A stretch of 55,597 nucleotides of DNA, from contig CAZQNW010000001.1 of NCBI GenBank assembly GCA_964595035.1, positions 1 to 55,597 of the forward strand. The letters are read 5' to 3'. The DNA is from an uncultured Pseudomonadota bacterium. Its GTDB lineage: Bacteria; Babelota; Babeliae; Babelales; Vermiphilaceae. Numbering within the stretch: position 1 is the first letter of the stretch; the number at the start of each line of letters is the position of its first letter. Below, piece by piece: positions 47,080 through 55,597 of this stretch. The notes under the pieces are model-generated. The model was not told the origin of the DNA and searched no databases. It was given only the letters and a program-made list of their open reading frames with translations. The position numbers and the translations under genes are program-made.

Positions 47080-48624
47080 ATGAATTTTTCAGGTCACCGA
47101 TTTAATTTTATTTCTATTGGTTTGTGGACGTTGTTAGCCATTGTGTGCGTTATAATTCTCTATCCTCTTCGAGAAAAATTACGTTTTGGTATTGATTTGG
47201 TTGGTGGAACCTATATCACCCTAGAAGTTCAAACTGACAAAGCTGTTGAAGCTGATTTGGCTGAAAAGATGCTTATGTTACCGGATAAGCTAAAAAAGGC
47301 ACATAAGCCTTTACCTTTGACCAAAGAAGTTAAAGATGAAACGCTTATATTAACTTTTGATAATGCCCAGGCGTTACAAGATGTTGCATCACATCTTACA
47401 TTGTCCGAGCCACAATTAAAGCAAGTTGTTGAGGGGACCACGTTAAAGTTGAGATTTGAAGATAAGTTTGCAAAAAAGATCAAAGAAGAAGCTGTTCGTC
47501 GAGATATTGAGGTGTTACATTCGCGACTGAATAAATTGAATGTTGAAGAAACACCTATTGCCAAACAAGGCGAAAAGAATATTGTTATTGAGCTTCCTGG
47601 TATTGATGATCCTCAGAAAGCTAAGGCCATGATTGGTAAGATGGCAAAATTAGAATTCAAGATTGTTGAACGGGAAGCAGGTAGCAAAGAAGACCTACTG
47701 TATGAAATTGAAGGAGAAGAGCTTCCACCGGATAAAGAAATTGTTCATGGTAAAGAAGGCGGTTATTTCCTACTTTCTAAATATACCGACATAACGGGTA
47801 AGTTGCTTAAGGATGCTAAAGCTGGCTTAGGCGGGCATACGGGAGTTGAACCCGTTGTTAAATTCCAATTCAATGAAAGTGGTTCTGAAAAGTTTTATGA
47901 ATTAACTCGTAAAAACTTTGGTAAAAGGCTTGCTATAGTATTGGATGGCGAAGTTCTTCTAGCTCCAACAATTCAACAAGCCCTTAAAGGGAGTGGCGAG
48001 ATTACCGGTATGGGTTCACCTGATGCTTGTAAAGAACTTTCAATTTTACTCAAATCGGGTTCCTTTGCAGCTCCTGTTACCTTTGAAGAGGAACGACAAA
48101 TTGGGCCGTCTCTTGGTTCAGATTTGATCTATAAAGGCCTTATGTCATGCTTGATTGGGCTATTACTCCTATTAGTATTCAGTGTATTCTATTATAAGCT
48201 GTCAGGAGTGTTGTCATTCATAGCCTTAGTGTACAACTTGCTCTTGATTTTAGTTGGTATGTATTGGTTGGGCGCAACGTTGACGTTACCTGGTATCGCA
48301 GGATTAGTGTTAACGGTTGGTATGGCTATTGATTGTTCAATTCTTATCTATGAGCATATTCGTGAAGAATTGGCTGCTGGAGTTAGTGTAAAGACGGCAG
48401 TTAATAACGGATTCTCCAGTGCAATGGTTGTAATTCTCGATTCTAATATAACCCACATATTGACAGCACTTATTTTGTATAAGTTTGGAACAGGTCCTAT
48501 TAAAGGTTTTGCTGTAACATTACTACTTGGTACTATAGCAACTTTAATTACAGGCTTGACCTTCTTGCGTTCTACGTTTAACTTTATATTAGAAACATTT
48601 GATATAAAGAAATTAAGTATCTAA
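47080..48624 (+). CDS. secD: Protein translocase subunit SecD
   Basis: ATG 47080 gives MNFSGHRFNFISIGLW...(TM1); GIDLVGGTYITLEV, large periplasmic domain, six-TM C-terminal block (GPSLGSDLI..., LPGIAGLVLTVGMAIDCSILIYEHIREE). Confidence 0.9.
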   Translation: MNFSGHRFNFISIGLWTLLAIVCVIILYPLREKLRFGIDLVGGTYITLEVQTDKAVEADLAEKMLMLPDKLKKAHKPLPLTKEVKDETLILTFDNAQALQDVASHLTLSEPQLKQVVEGTTLKLRFEDKFAKKIKEEAVRRDIEVLHSRLNKLNVEETPIAKQGEKNIVIELPGIDDPQKAKAMIGKMAKLEFKIVEREAGSKEDLLYEIEGEELPPDKEIVHGKEGGYFLLSKYTDITGKLLKDAKAGLGGHTGVEPVVKFQFNESGSEKFYELTRKNFGKRLAIVLDGEVLLAPTIQQALKGSGEITGMGSPDACKELSILLKSGSFAAPVTFEEERQIGPSLGSDLIYKGLMSCLIGLLLLLVFSVFYYKLSGVLSFIALVYNLLLILVGMYWLGATLTLPGIAGLVLTVGMAIDCSILIYEHIREELAAGVSVKTAVNNGFSSAMVVILDSNITHILTALILYKFGTGPIKGFAVTLLLGTIATLITGLTFLRSTFNFILETFDIKKLSI

Positions 48625-48634
48625 AAAATTGGTT

Positions 48635-48711
48635 GGCGACGTAGCTCAGCTGGTTAGAGCGGCGGAATCATAATCCGTAGGTCCGGGGTTCAAGTCCCTG
48701 CGTCGCCACCA
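48635..48711 (+). tRNA. tRNA with CAU anticodon (probably elongator Met)
   Basis: Acceptor ggcgacg/cgtcgcc, D arm gctc-agctggtta-gagc, anticodon arm gcgga-atCATaa-tccgt, T arm cgggg-ttcaagt-ccctg, encoded CCA. From memory, the acceptor and D arm resemble E. coli elongator tRNA-Met. Confidence 0.9.
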
Positions 48712-48724
48712 TAATTCTAAAAAA

Positions 48725-49351
48725 ATGAAATTCACAAATATCTTTAATCTTCCCAACATTCTTACATTGATTAGGTTAATTCTTTCGCCGGTAATGCTGC
48801 CGGTTCTTGTTGTCTATATACTTCCCCTCAATATTTTTTGGATAAACTGTTCTTTAGCCGGATTATTTGTTTTGTTTAGTCTTACAGATTTTTTTGATGG
48901 ACTTTTAGCCCGACGTTATGAGCAGGTTAGCTCATTCGGTCGTTTTTTGGACCCTATTGCGGATAAGTTTCTTGTTTATTCTGTGTTGATAGCATTATTG
49001 GCTATTAACAAGTTATTTTTTGTTTGGGTGTTGGTGTTAATTGGCCGTGAGTTCTTTGTATTAGGTTTGCGTCAAATTGCACTTGAAAACAACTTTTCAA
49101 TCCAAGTTTCTTGGCTGGCTAAATGTAAGACATTGTTTCAAACGATGTATCTTACTATTCTTATCGCGAATCCATTTCATACGTTATCACGGTCAGAATT
49201 TTCGCGTTGTATAGCCGACTTATACAGATCACCTATCTGGACTTCTGTTGAAATGCTTTTACTCGTGTTAGCAGTATCAATGTCTATAATTTCTGCTATG
49301 CGTTATTACCAACATTTTATAGTGAGCTATATAGAGCATAAAAATACATAG
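48725..49351 (+). CDS. pgsA: CDP-diacylglycerol--glycerol-3-phosphate 3-phosphatidyltransferase
   Basis: 208 aa; CDP-alcohol phosphatidyltransferase motif DFFDGLLARRYEQVSSFGRFLDPIADK. Confidence 0.85.
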   Translation: MKFTNIFNLPNILTLIRLILSPVMLPVLVVYILPLNIFWINCSLAGLFVLFSLTDFFDGLLARRYEQVSSFGRFLDPIADKFLVYSVLIALLAINKLFFVWVLVLIGREFFVLGLRQIALENNFSIQVSWLAKCKTLFQTMYLTILIANPFHTLSRSEFSRCIADLYRSPIWTSVEMLLLVLAVSMSIISAMRYYQHFIVSYIEHKNT

Positions 49352-49359
49352 TTAGGCAC

Positions 49360-50355
49360 TTATATTCTATTGAGCAAAAAATCCTTTAAGCGTTGACAGT
49401 AACCCCATTCATTATCATACCAACCGAGAACTTTTGCCATGTGCCCTTGGGCAGAAGTCAAAAGTGAATCAATGGTTACTGAATGAGGATCGTTTGAATA
49501 GTCACTGGAAACAAGTGGTTCAGTACTGTAGGCTATAATGTTTTTCATACCATGAGCTGCTTGTTCCAGTGCTTGATTAATTGCCTTGGTTGAAAGTTCT
49601 TTTTTACTGGTAAAAACTAGATCAATAATAGATACTTTTGCTACTGGAACTCGTAATGCCATTGCAGTGAATTTTGATCCCATTCCTGGCAATATTGTAT
49701 CAACAATTTTACTGACTCCTGTACTTGAAGGAATAATGTTAAGAGCAGCGGCGCGTGATCTTCGAGGATCTCCTGCTTCTATATCAAGCAGTACTTGACT
49801 GTTTGTATAAGCGTGTATGGTTGTCATGGCGCATTGTGTTATGCCAAATGCGTCATCAAGTGTTTTGAGCATGGGAACGAGAGCGTTTGTTGTACAGCTT
49901 CCAAGAGAGACAATCCGATGTTTTTCATTATACATATGATCATTAATACCAGGGATTATAGTAACATCAGGATCTTCTGCCGGTGCAGTAATTAAAACAT
50001 GTTGTGCCCCCGCAGGTTCAATATGTAAAAAAGCTTTATCTCGCTTTGTAAAATGACCTGATGCATCAACAACCCAATCAATTGATCTTTTTTTCCAATT
50101 AATATTTCGTGGGTCAAGTTCAGCAATAATCTCAATTTTTTTGCCATTAATGCAGAGCATGTTATTTTCAATATGCACGTCTGCTGGGAATGTTCCCATG
50201 AGAGAATCATATTTAAATGTGTGAGCAATAAGATCTATATCTCCCTTACCGATATTTATAGTAACAACATCTATATGTTGAGCGTGAGGATCGAGTAGTA
50301 ATGTTCGTAAAAACGTTTTGCCTATACGGCCGAATCCGTTGATTGCTATACGCAT
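49360..50355 (-). CDS. gap: Glyceraldehyde-3-phosphate dehydrogenase
   Basis: 331 aa; INGFGRIGKTFLR, active site SCTTNALVP, WYDNEWGY. Confidence 0.93.
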   Translation of the reverse strand: MRIAINGFGRIGKTFLRTLLLDPHAQHIDVVTINIGKGDIDLIAHTFKYDSLMGTFPADVHIENNMLCINGKKIEIIAELDPRNINWKKRSIDWVVDASGHFTKRDKAFLHIEPAGAQHVLITAPAEDPDVTIIPGINDHMYNEKHRIVSLGSCTTNALVPMLKTLDDAFGITQCAMTTIHAYTNSQVLLDIEAGDPRRSRAAALNIIPSSTGVSKIVDTILPGMGSKFTAMALRVPVAKVSIIDLVFTSKKELSTKAINQALEQAAHGMKNIIAYSTEPLVSSDYSNDPHSVTIDSLLTSAQGHMAKVLGWYDNEWGYCQRLKDFLLNRI

Positions 50356-50445
50356 TATTTCCCCTTTATGTACAAGATACTTAGTTATTTTTATTACTGT
50401 ACCATGTGTTGTACATGAAAGCCAAGATGTGTTTATTATCGTTTG

Positions 50446-51261
50446 TTATCGATGCCAATCTCTTACAATGTTCAGATTATACAGTTCTTCTGCTTCACTT
50501 AGCGCCGGTAACTCCAAAAGAAGAGGAATATTTGAAATGTGTTTATCAAGGACAAATTCTTTCAGAGGTTCTAATCCGATAATTCCTTGGTCTATACGAC
50601 AGTGAATATCGTGCCTAGATGCCAGTTTGCTTTCAGTATCGTTAATGTGTATCAACTCTATTGAGCTTAGGCCTAAAAGTTTATCGATTTCATGTATAAA
50701 ATTCAAACGTTCTTGCCCATCGCGTATATTATATCCATAAGCATATGCATGGGCTGTATCTATACAGAATCCTAGTTTTTCTGGCTTATCAAGCTTGTTT
50801 TTAATATGATGCAAATCTTCCAGACTTCCGCCTATTGAAGGGCTGGTAAATGCTACATTTTCCAGTACGAATTGTATGGTTGGATGTTGCTGTATAAGTA
50901 AATTAAGATTTCGTGCGATTGAATCGATACCACGTTCAGAAGATGAAGAAGCCCCAGGATGTAATATCATATGAGTAAAGCCGAGCTTTTTTGCCCAGTG
51001 TAGCTCTTGTTTTAATGCCGGGTGCTGTTCGCGTGTATGATCAGCAAGGTTGATTCTGTAGGATCCATGAACATATAACGCGGTAAACGTACGGCTATAC
51101 CTACGAAACAATTGTGTGAGTGTCGGTGTTTGCTCAATAATAGCACCAGAGTGTTGTCGTAAGAAACATTGAAATAAGGGTAGGTTCAGCCGTTCAGCTT
51201 TTTCAAGTACTTCAGAAATTGTTTTATTATTTCTAATATGTAATCCGACAGTTCTTGCCAT
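50446..51261 (-). CDS. nfo: Endonuclease IV-family AP endonuclease (xylose-isomerase-like TIM barrel)
   Basis: 271 aa; HGSYRINLA, ILHPG, LENV, CIDTAHAYAYGY, IHINDT metal-ligand pattern. Confidence 0.82.
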   Translation of the reverse strand: MARTVGLHIRNNKTISEVLEKAERLNLPLFQCFLRQHSGAIIEQTPTLTQLFRRYSRTFTALYVHGSYRINLADHTREQHPALKQELHWAKKLGFTHMILHPGASSSSERGIDSIARNLNLLIQQHPTIQFVLENVAFTSPSIGGSLEDLHHIKNKLDKPEKLGFCIDTAHAYAYGYNIRDGQERLNFIHEIDKLLGLSSIELIHINDTESKLASRHDIHCRIDQGIIGLEPLKEFVLDKHISNIPLLLELPALSEAEELYNLNIVRDWHR

Positions 51262-52700
51262 TATATTCCTAAATAAGTTACAAGCGTATTCTTATCAAAA
51301 TAAGGGCTGAGTAACGAAGCAAATTCTGTTTTTATTACTTTAAGATCTTGTGGTGTATTCGATTCAAACCTCAGACTTATGACAGGTTGAGTATTTGATG
51401 CTCGAATAAGCCCCCATCCATATGGAGTAGTAACGCGTACGCCATCGATAGTAATTAAGTTAGCATCCTGTTTATCTTGATAATGTTTTTTTATTGTCTC
51501 GATCATAGCAGGAATGTGTGTACAATCACATGGGATACGAATAGATGGTGAACTGTATACTTCAGGAAACAGCTCAACGAGTTCCGTCAGTGACTGTTGA
51601 TGTGTATGGATATATTCAATAAGACGTAATGCCGCATAAATACCGTCGTCAAATCCAAAATAACGATCTGCGAATGTAAAATGACAGCTTAGCTCGCCGC
51701 CAATAAGGGCATGCTCTCGGTGCATTGCATCTTTGATATTTGCATGTCCTGTAGGGACCATAAGACAACGACCTTGCCATGCGTTGATGACCTGAAGCAA
51801 TGCGGATGAACTTGTTACGTCACAAATAACGGTGGCTCCAGGATGCGTCTGAATTATAGGACGTGCCAGAAGAGCTAAAAGCCTATCGCCGGGAATAAGG
51901 TATCCTTCGCGTGTCATTGCTCCTACACGATCAGCATCGCCGTCAAAGCCAAGGCCAAATATATATGAACCATGAGCGAGTTCTTGTCGCAGATCTTTCA
52001 TGTTTTTTTCAATTGTAGGATCTGCCTCATGATGTGGATAATTCCCGTCGATATCAGCGTATAAAATCTTGGTTTGTTGCCAGTTAAAAGCTTTTACGAG
52101 ATCTGGGATTATAGAACCTGCTGCTCCGTTACCACAATCTAGTACGATTGGTACATTGAGATTTTTAAGATGTGAAAAATGTTCAACGAGCCATGTTATA
52201 TAGGGTGTATGAATAGGCGTTTCAGATAAAGATCCTTTGTGATGAGCAGTATGATGTATATTAGCTTTGTATAGTTTCCGAATTTCACGAATCGATTTGC
52301 CTGACACAGATTCTTTGCCAATGCATATCTTAAAGCCATTATATTCTTTTGGATTGTGTGAAGCGGTAATCATGATGCCGGCTTGGGCATCTGTTGTATG
52401 AAGACAAAAGTATAGTGCGGGAGTTGTACATGTCCCAAGGAATTTAACATCAAAGCCGGAATCTACCAAGGCTTGGCATACCTGTTCCTTAATTAACGGT
52501 GAATGTGTACGTCCATCCATGCCGACAGCAATGTTTTTTATCGCAGGATTTTTTTGAATAAAAAATGTTGCAATTGCATGTGCTAAATCATAGGTTTCTT
52601 CAACCGGTATTTCTGTGCCGATGATGCCGCGAATATCATATTCTCGAAATACATTATCACTTATTTTCATGCGTTCCTTATTGGTGATTATCTGTTGCAT
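51261..52700 (-). CDS. Phosphomannomutase/phosphoglucomutase (alpha-D-phosphohexomutase)
   Basis: 479 aa; active-site loop TASHNPKEYNGFK, metal loop GFDGDADR, GELSCH, RASNTQP. Its stop overlaps the nfo start by 1 nt (TAATG on the minus strand). Confidence 0.9.
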   Translation of the reverse strand: MQQIITNKERMKISDNVFREYDIRGIIGTEIPVEETYDLAHAIATFFIQKNPAIKNIAVGMDGRTHSPLIKEQVCQALVDSGFDVKFLGTCTTPALYFCLHTTDAQAGIMITASHNPKEYNGFKICIGKESVSGKSIREIRKLYKANIHHTAHHKGSLSETPIHTPYITWLVEHFSHLKNLNVPIVLDCGNGAAGSIIPDLVKAFNWQQTKILYADIDGNYPHHEADPTIEKNMKDLRQELAHGSYIFGLGFDGDADRVGAMTREGYLIPGDRLLALLARPIIQTHPGATVICDVTSSSALLQVINAWQGRCLMVPTGHANIKDAMHREHALIGGELSCHFTFADRYFGFDDGIYAALRLIEYIHTHQQSLTELVELFPEVYSSPSIRIPCDCTHIPAMIETIKKHYQDKQDANLITIDGVRVTTPYGWGLIRASNTQPVISLRFESNTPQDLKVIKTEFASLLSPYFDKNTLVTYLGI

Positions 52701-52767
52701 TCGATATACTATACTTAATGTTTAGAATAAAACCATCTTACAGTAAAGACAATAGCTTGAGGGGCGT

Positions 52768-55485
52768 ATGATTCCATTAAAGTTGCAGCTAAAAAATTTC
52801 TTAAGTTATGGTGCGGATATTCAAACAGTAGATTTTTCTCCGCATTCGCTTATCTGTTTGTCCGGCAAAAATGGACATGGAAAATCTGCGTTACTTGATG
52901 CTATAACATGGGCTTTATGGGGGCAAGGAAGAAGAATCGCAGGTGTATCAAAATCTGATGACAATCTTATACGCGTTGGGCAAACACATATGATGGTTGC
53001 CATGCAATTTATATGCAATGGTCAAGAGTATCGCGTACGACGTGAATATACCAAAAGCTCAGGCAAACCTTATGTGACACTTGATGTCGGCGTATTGGAT
53101 CCTCAGCAAAACATATTTGTTCCAATTGGAGGTAAATCTGTACGTTCTAACCAGGAGATATTACAACGACTTATTCATCTTGATTTTGAATCTTTTTGTA
53201 ATTCTGCCTTTTTAAGACAAGGACAATCAAATGAATTTTCTAAAAAAACTCCAAAAGAGCGCAAAGAAATTTTAGCCGCAATTTTAGGTCTGGATCAGTA
53301 TGAGGCTGTTCGTTCTTTAGCAAGTCAGAAGATCCGTTACTTAACGACAACGCGTGTGAGCTATCAGGCTATTCTTGATCGTATGATTGTTGATTTAGAA
53401 CAACTTAAAACTATAGATGAACGTCTTGCGAATTTACAAGATAAGTTTAAACAACTGAGTGTCCAAGAGAATGTCCTTGCTCAAAAAGAACAAGAACTTG
53501 AACAGTGTAAAAAACAATACCTGCAGATGTACCAAGAGTATCAATTAATACAACTCAATATGACGCAAATGAAAAAAACTCAACGGGATATGCACGATTC
53601 ATTGCTGGAAATGGTAAAGCAGTGGAGAGCGATACATGCGCAGCAATTAAAAATTCCGACTTACGATGAACTTGAACAAAAGAAAAAAGTTGTTGCGGAT
53701 CAGTTACATCACCAACAGATGCAAATGCGTGAGCAGTTGGTCTATAAAGAACAATACCTGCAAAAAAAAGAAAAAAAAGCGCGGCTCGAAATTGAACATG
53801 CCCAAAAAATTGCTCAACATGTTCAGGAATACAAAGTGAAAATTGATCGTCTTAAGATTGAACTTGAGCATTATAAAAGCCAGATAAAAACGTGTGATCT
53901 ACGTTCTGCAGAATTACTTCAAGAAAAAAAGTCTAATGATCACATATTGGCAACGTTATCAGAAAAGAAAAAGATAAACGCTGTTGATCCGCAGGCATTT
54001 GAGGCAACCTTAAAACAGTTCGAAAAAAGAAAGGCTTATTATCAACATTGGATTGCTCAAGGGAATCTCTTGTCGCAAGAAAAGTTAAATTTGGAGAGAA
54101 AAAAACAGCTGTCACAAGATGAAGATAATCCATGTTGTCCACTCTGCGAGCAGAATTTATCAGCTTCGCGGCGTCGATTTCTAAAAGATAAATTTTTAAA
54201 AGAAGAACATTTTCTTGAGCATCGTATATCACGTATCAAAAAGGTTGTTGCGAAACTTAAAGCTATTTTGATTGAACAGCATACGCATATACAAATCTTA
54301 GAAGGGAATAAAAATGAGTTGCAAGTGCTTGATGCACAATTTTGTGCTACGCTTAATCGTAATAATATGATAATGCAAGAACTTGACGCGCAAGAACAAC
54401 AGAAGCGTATGTGCGAGTCTCAAATTGTTCTTCTTAATACACAAATCTCTGATCAAGAAAAGGAGCTGTCTCATACTCAGACTGCGTTGCGTGAATCGTT
54501 AGAAAAAGGTCAGGATTTTTGTAGCTTGGTTATTGATATGCAACAGTTAGAGAAAGCGATTGCGGAATGTGGCTATGACGCGGTAATGCAAGAACGACTT
54601 ACGCAAGAATTAACCTTGATTGAGATGACAATGAAAAAGCATGAAGAACTAACCGCCCAGATAGCTCAACAAGAGGCGCGTATGAAGGCTATTGGAGCCT
54701 TAGTTAAGAATTTAAAAGAGTTAAAAGTCCAGATTGCTGATCTACAGGCCAAAGCACACTCTTATACCATTGCGGACATGCAGAGGAATATTGAATCTCT
54801 GGAACACTCTTTTATTCAAAGCAAAAAAGAGGTTGAACAAAGTAAAGAAAGCTTGATTCATGAACGTGGAGCTCTTGAAAATGAGCGTGCAAAACTTCTA
54901 GCTTTAGAAAAAGAGAAGTTGGAATGTCAAAATAATATTGCCCAAGTAACTACACAGATCGATGATTTACAGGCAATTGCAATGGCGACAGGCAAAGATG
55001 GTATTCAAGCATTACTTATTCAAGATGTACTACCGGATATTGAACAGGAAGCTAATGAGCTTTTGGCTAAATTGACTGATAATCAAGCACAAATTTTTAT
55101 TGAGTCATTGCGCGACCTTAAAAAAGGTGGTTCTAAAGAGACACTTGATATTAATATTTCTGATAATATGGGAATCCGTCCATATGAAATGTTCTCAGGA
55201 GGTGAAGCGTTTCGTATTGACTTTGCTTTGCGTATAGCTTTATCTAAAATATTAGCACGACGAGCGGGTACTTCATTGCAAACACTTATCATTGATGAAG
55301 GGTTTGGTTCACAAGATGAAGAAGGACTTGCTCATATTATGGATGCTTTGTACAAAATACAGGACGATTTTGCAAAAATAATAGTTGTATCTCACTTGCC
55401 TGCCATGAAAGATCAGTTTCCCGTTCATTTTCTTGTAGAAAAAAAGCCTCTTGGAAGTGTTATTACTGTTGTTGAACAGGGATAG
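52768..55485 (+). CDS. sbcC: SbcC/Rad50-family DNA repair ATPase
   Basis: 905 aa; Walker A GKNGHGKSALLDAITWALWG, very long coiled coil with central CPLC zinc hook, signature FSGGEAFR, Walker B LIIDEGFG, VVSH. Confidence 0.9.
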   Translation: MIPLKLQLKNFLSYGADIQTVDFSPHSLICLSGKNGHGKSALLDAITWALWGQGRRIAGVSKSDDNLIRVGQTHMMVAMQFICNGQEYRVRREYTKSSGKPYVTLDVGVLDPQQNIFVPIGGKSVRSNQEILQRLIHLDFESFCNSAFLRQGQSNEFSKKTPKERKEILAAILGLDQYEAVRSLASQKIRYLTTTRVSYQAILDRMIVDLEQLKTIDERLANLQDKFKQLSVQENVLAQKEQELEQCKKQYLQMYQEYQLIQLNMTQMKKTQRDMHDSLLEMVKQWRAIHAQQLKIPTYDELEQKKKVVADQLHHQQMQMREQLVYKEQYLQKKEKKARLEIEHAQKIAQHVQEYKVKIDRLKIELEHYKSQIKTCDLRSAELLQEKKSNDHILATLSEKKKINAVDPQAFEATLKQFEKRKAYYQHWIAQGNLLSQEKLNLERKKQLSQDEDNPCCPLCEQNLSASRRRFLKDKFLKEEHFLEHRISRIKKVVAKLKAILIEQHTHIQILEGNKNELQVLDAQFCATLNRNNMIMQELDAQEQQKRMCESQIVLLNTQISDQEKELSHTQTALRESLEKGQDFCSLVIDMQQLEKAIAECGYDAVMQERLTQELTLIEMTMKKHEELTAQIAQQEARMKAIGALVKNLKELKVQIADLQAKAHSYTIADMQRNIESLEHSFIQSKKEVEQSKESLIHERGALENERAKLLALEKEKLECQNNIAQVTTQIDDLQAIAMATGKDGIQALLIQDVLPDIEQEANELLAKLTDNQAQIFIESLRDLKKGGSKETLDINISDNMGIRPYEMFSGGEAFRIDFALRIALSKILARRAGTSLQTLIIDEGFGSQDEEGLAHIMDALYKIQDDFAKIIVVSHLPAMKDQFPVHFLVEKKPLGSVITVVEQG

Positions 55486-55597
55486 ATACCCCTTTTGATT
55501 AAAAGGCTTGTAGGTGGTAAGTTCTAGTATATTTACTATGGCTTGCTGATACTTAAATACAGGTTGGAATATATGTTTTTAAAAAATTGGAAATTTG

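Noticed and set aside
46938-48711. tRNA-flanked segment considered as a possible integration island.
   Set aside because: It contains only the housekeeping gene secD, with no integrase and no direct repeats of tRNA 3' ends.
1-55597. Searched for CRISPR arrays, transposases, integrases, prophage genes, toxin-antitoxin pairs and known defence-system hallmarks.
   Set aside because: None seen. The only repeats are two short tandem duplications at 6563-6653. No ORF translation shows DDE, tyrosine or serine recombinase, Cas, restriction-modification or abortive-infection-like motifs.
1-55597. Possible alternative genetic code, such as TGA read as an amino acid, given the AT-rich compact genome.
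   Set aside because: TGA, TAA and TAG all terminate conserved proteins at their expected lengths. Examples are TGA for serS and map, TAG for rpsJ, rplV and pepP, and TAA for many others. The standard code fits.
55573-55597. ATG followed by 8 codons (MFLKNWKF) at the window edge.
   Set aside because: It is too short to evaluate, so it is not reported as a feature.

Overview
This window looks like core chromosome from an AT-rich bacterium, roughly 40% GC by eye, with tightly packed and often overlapping genes. All calls rest on reading the supplied ORF translations and the DNA; no database search was run. About 19 kb (17.2-36.4 kb) is one uninterrupted str-S10-spc-alpha ribosomal super-operon: rpsL-rpsG-fusA-tuf, then rpsJ through rplQ, including secY-adk-map-infA-rpmJ. 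rpmJ is below the ORF-track size cutoff and was found by hand. The rest is mostly housekeeping. On the left are ffh-rpsP-KH-trmD-rplS, murC, a MerR regulator, yidC, recR, pepP, nhaC, rplM and rseP. On the right are a Zn-ribbon coiled-coil protein, RNase HI, SpoIID, YdjM-like, tatD, HU, serS, DUF58, hemW, secD, pgsA, gap, nfo, a phosphohexomutase and sbcC. Three tRNA genes are present: two with anticodon CAU and one Leu-GAG. I saw no CRISPR array, transposase, integrase, prophage, toxin-antitoxin pair or recognisable defence genes, and I cannot support a claim of a new multi-gene system here. The most unusual loci are listed below.
- A run of five exported small proteins (3.9-6.5 kb) includes tandem chagasin-type cysteine-protease inhibitors and two glycine-zipper proteins.
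- trmD is fused to a second SPOUT domain of the Tm1570 type.
- Several ribosomal proteins are atypical: L24 has a Cys-rich tail, L13 has a Lys/Ala tail with no rpsI downstream, S4 lacks its canonical N-terminus, and L30 is absent.
- A DUF58/DUF4381-like pair is coupled to serS with no MoxR nearby.
- An orphan coiled-coil membrane protein sits at 45.5-46.8 kb.
The streamlined layout suggests a reduced-genome or host-associated lineage, but that is inference only.
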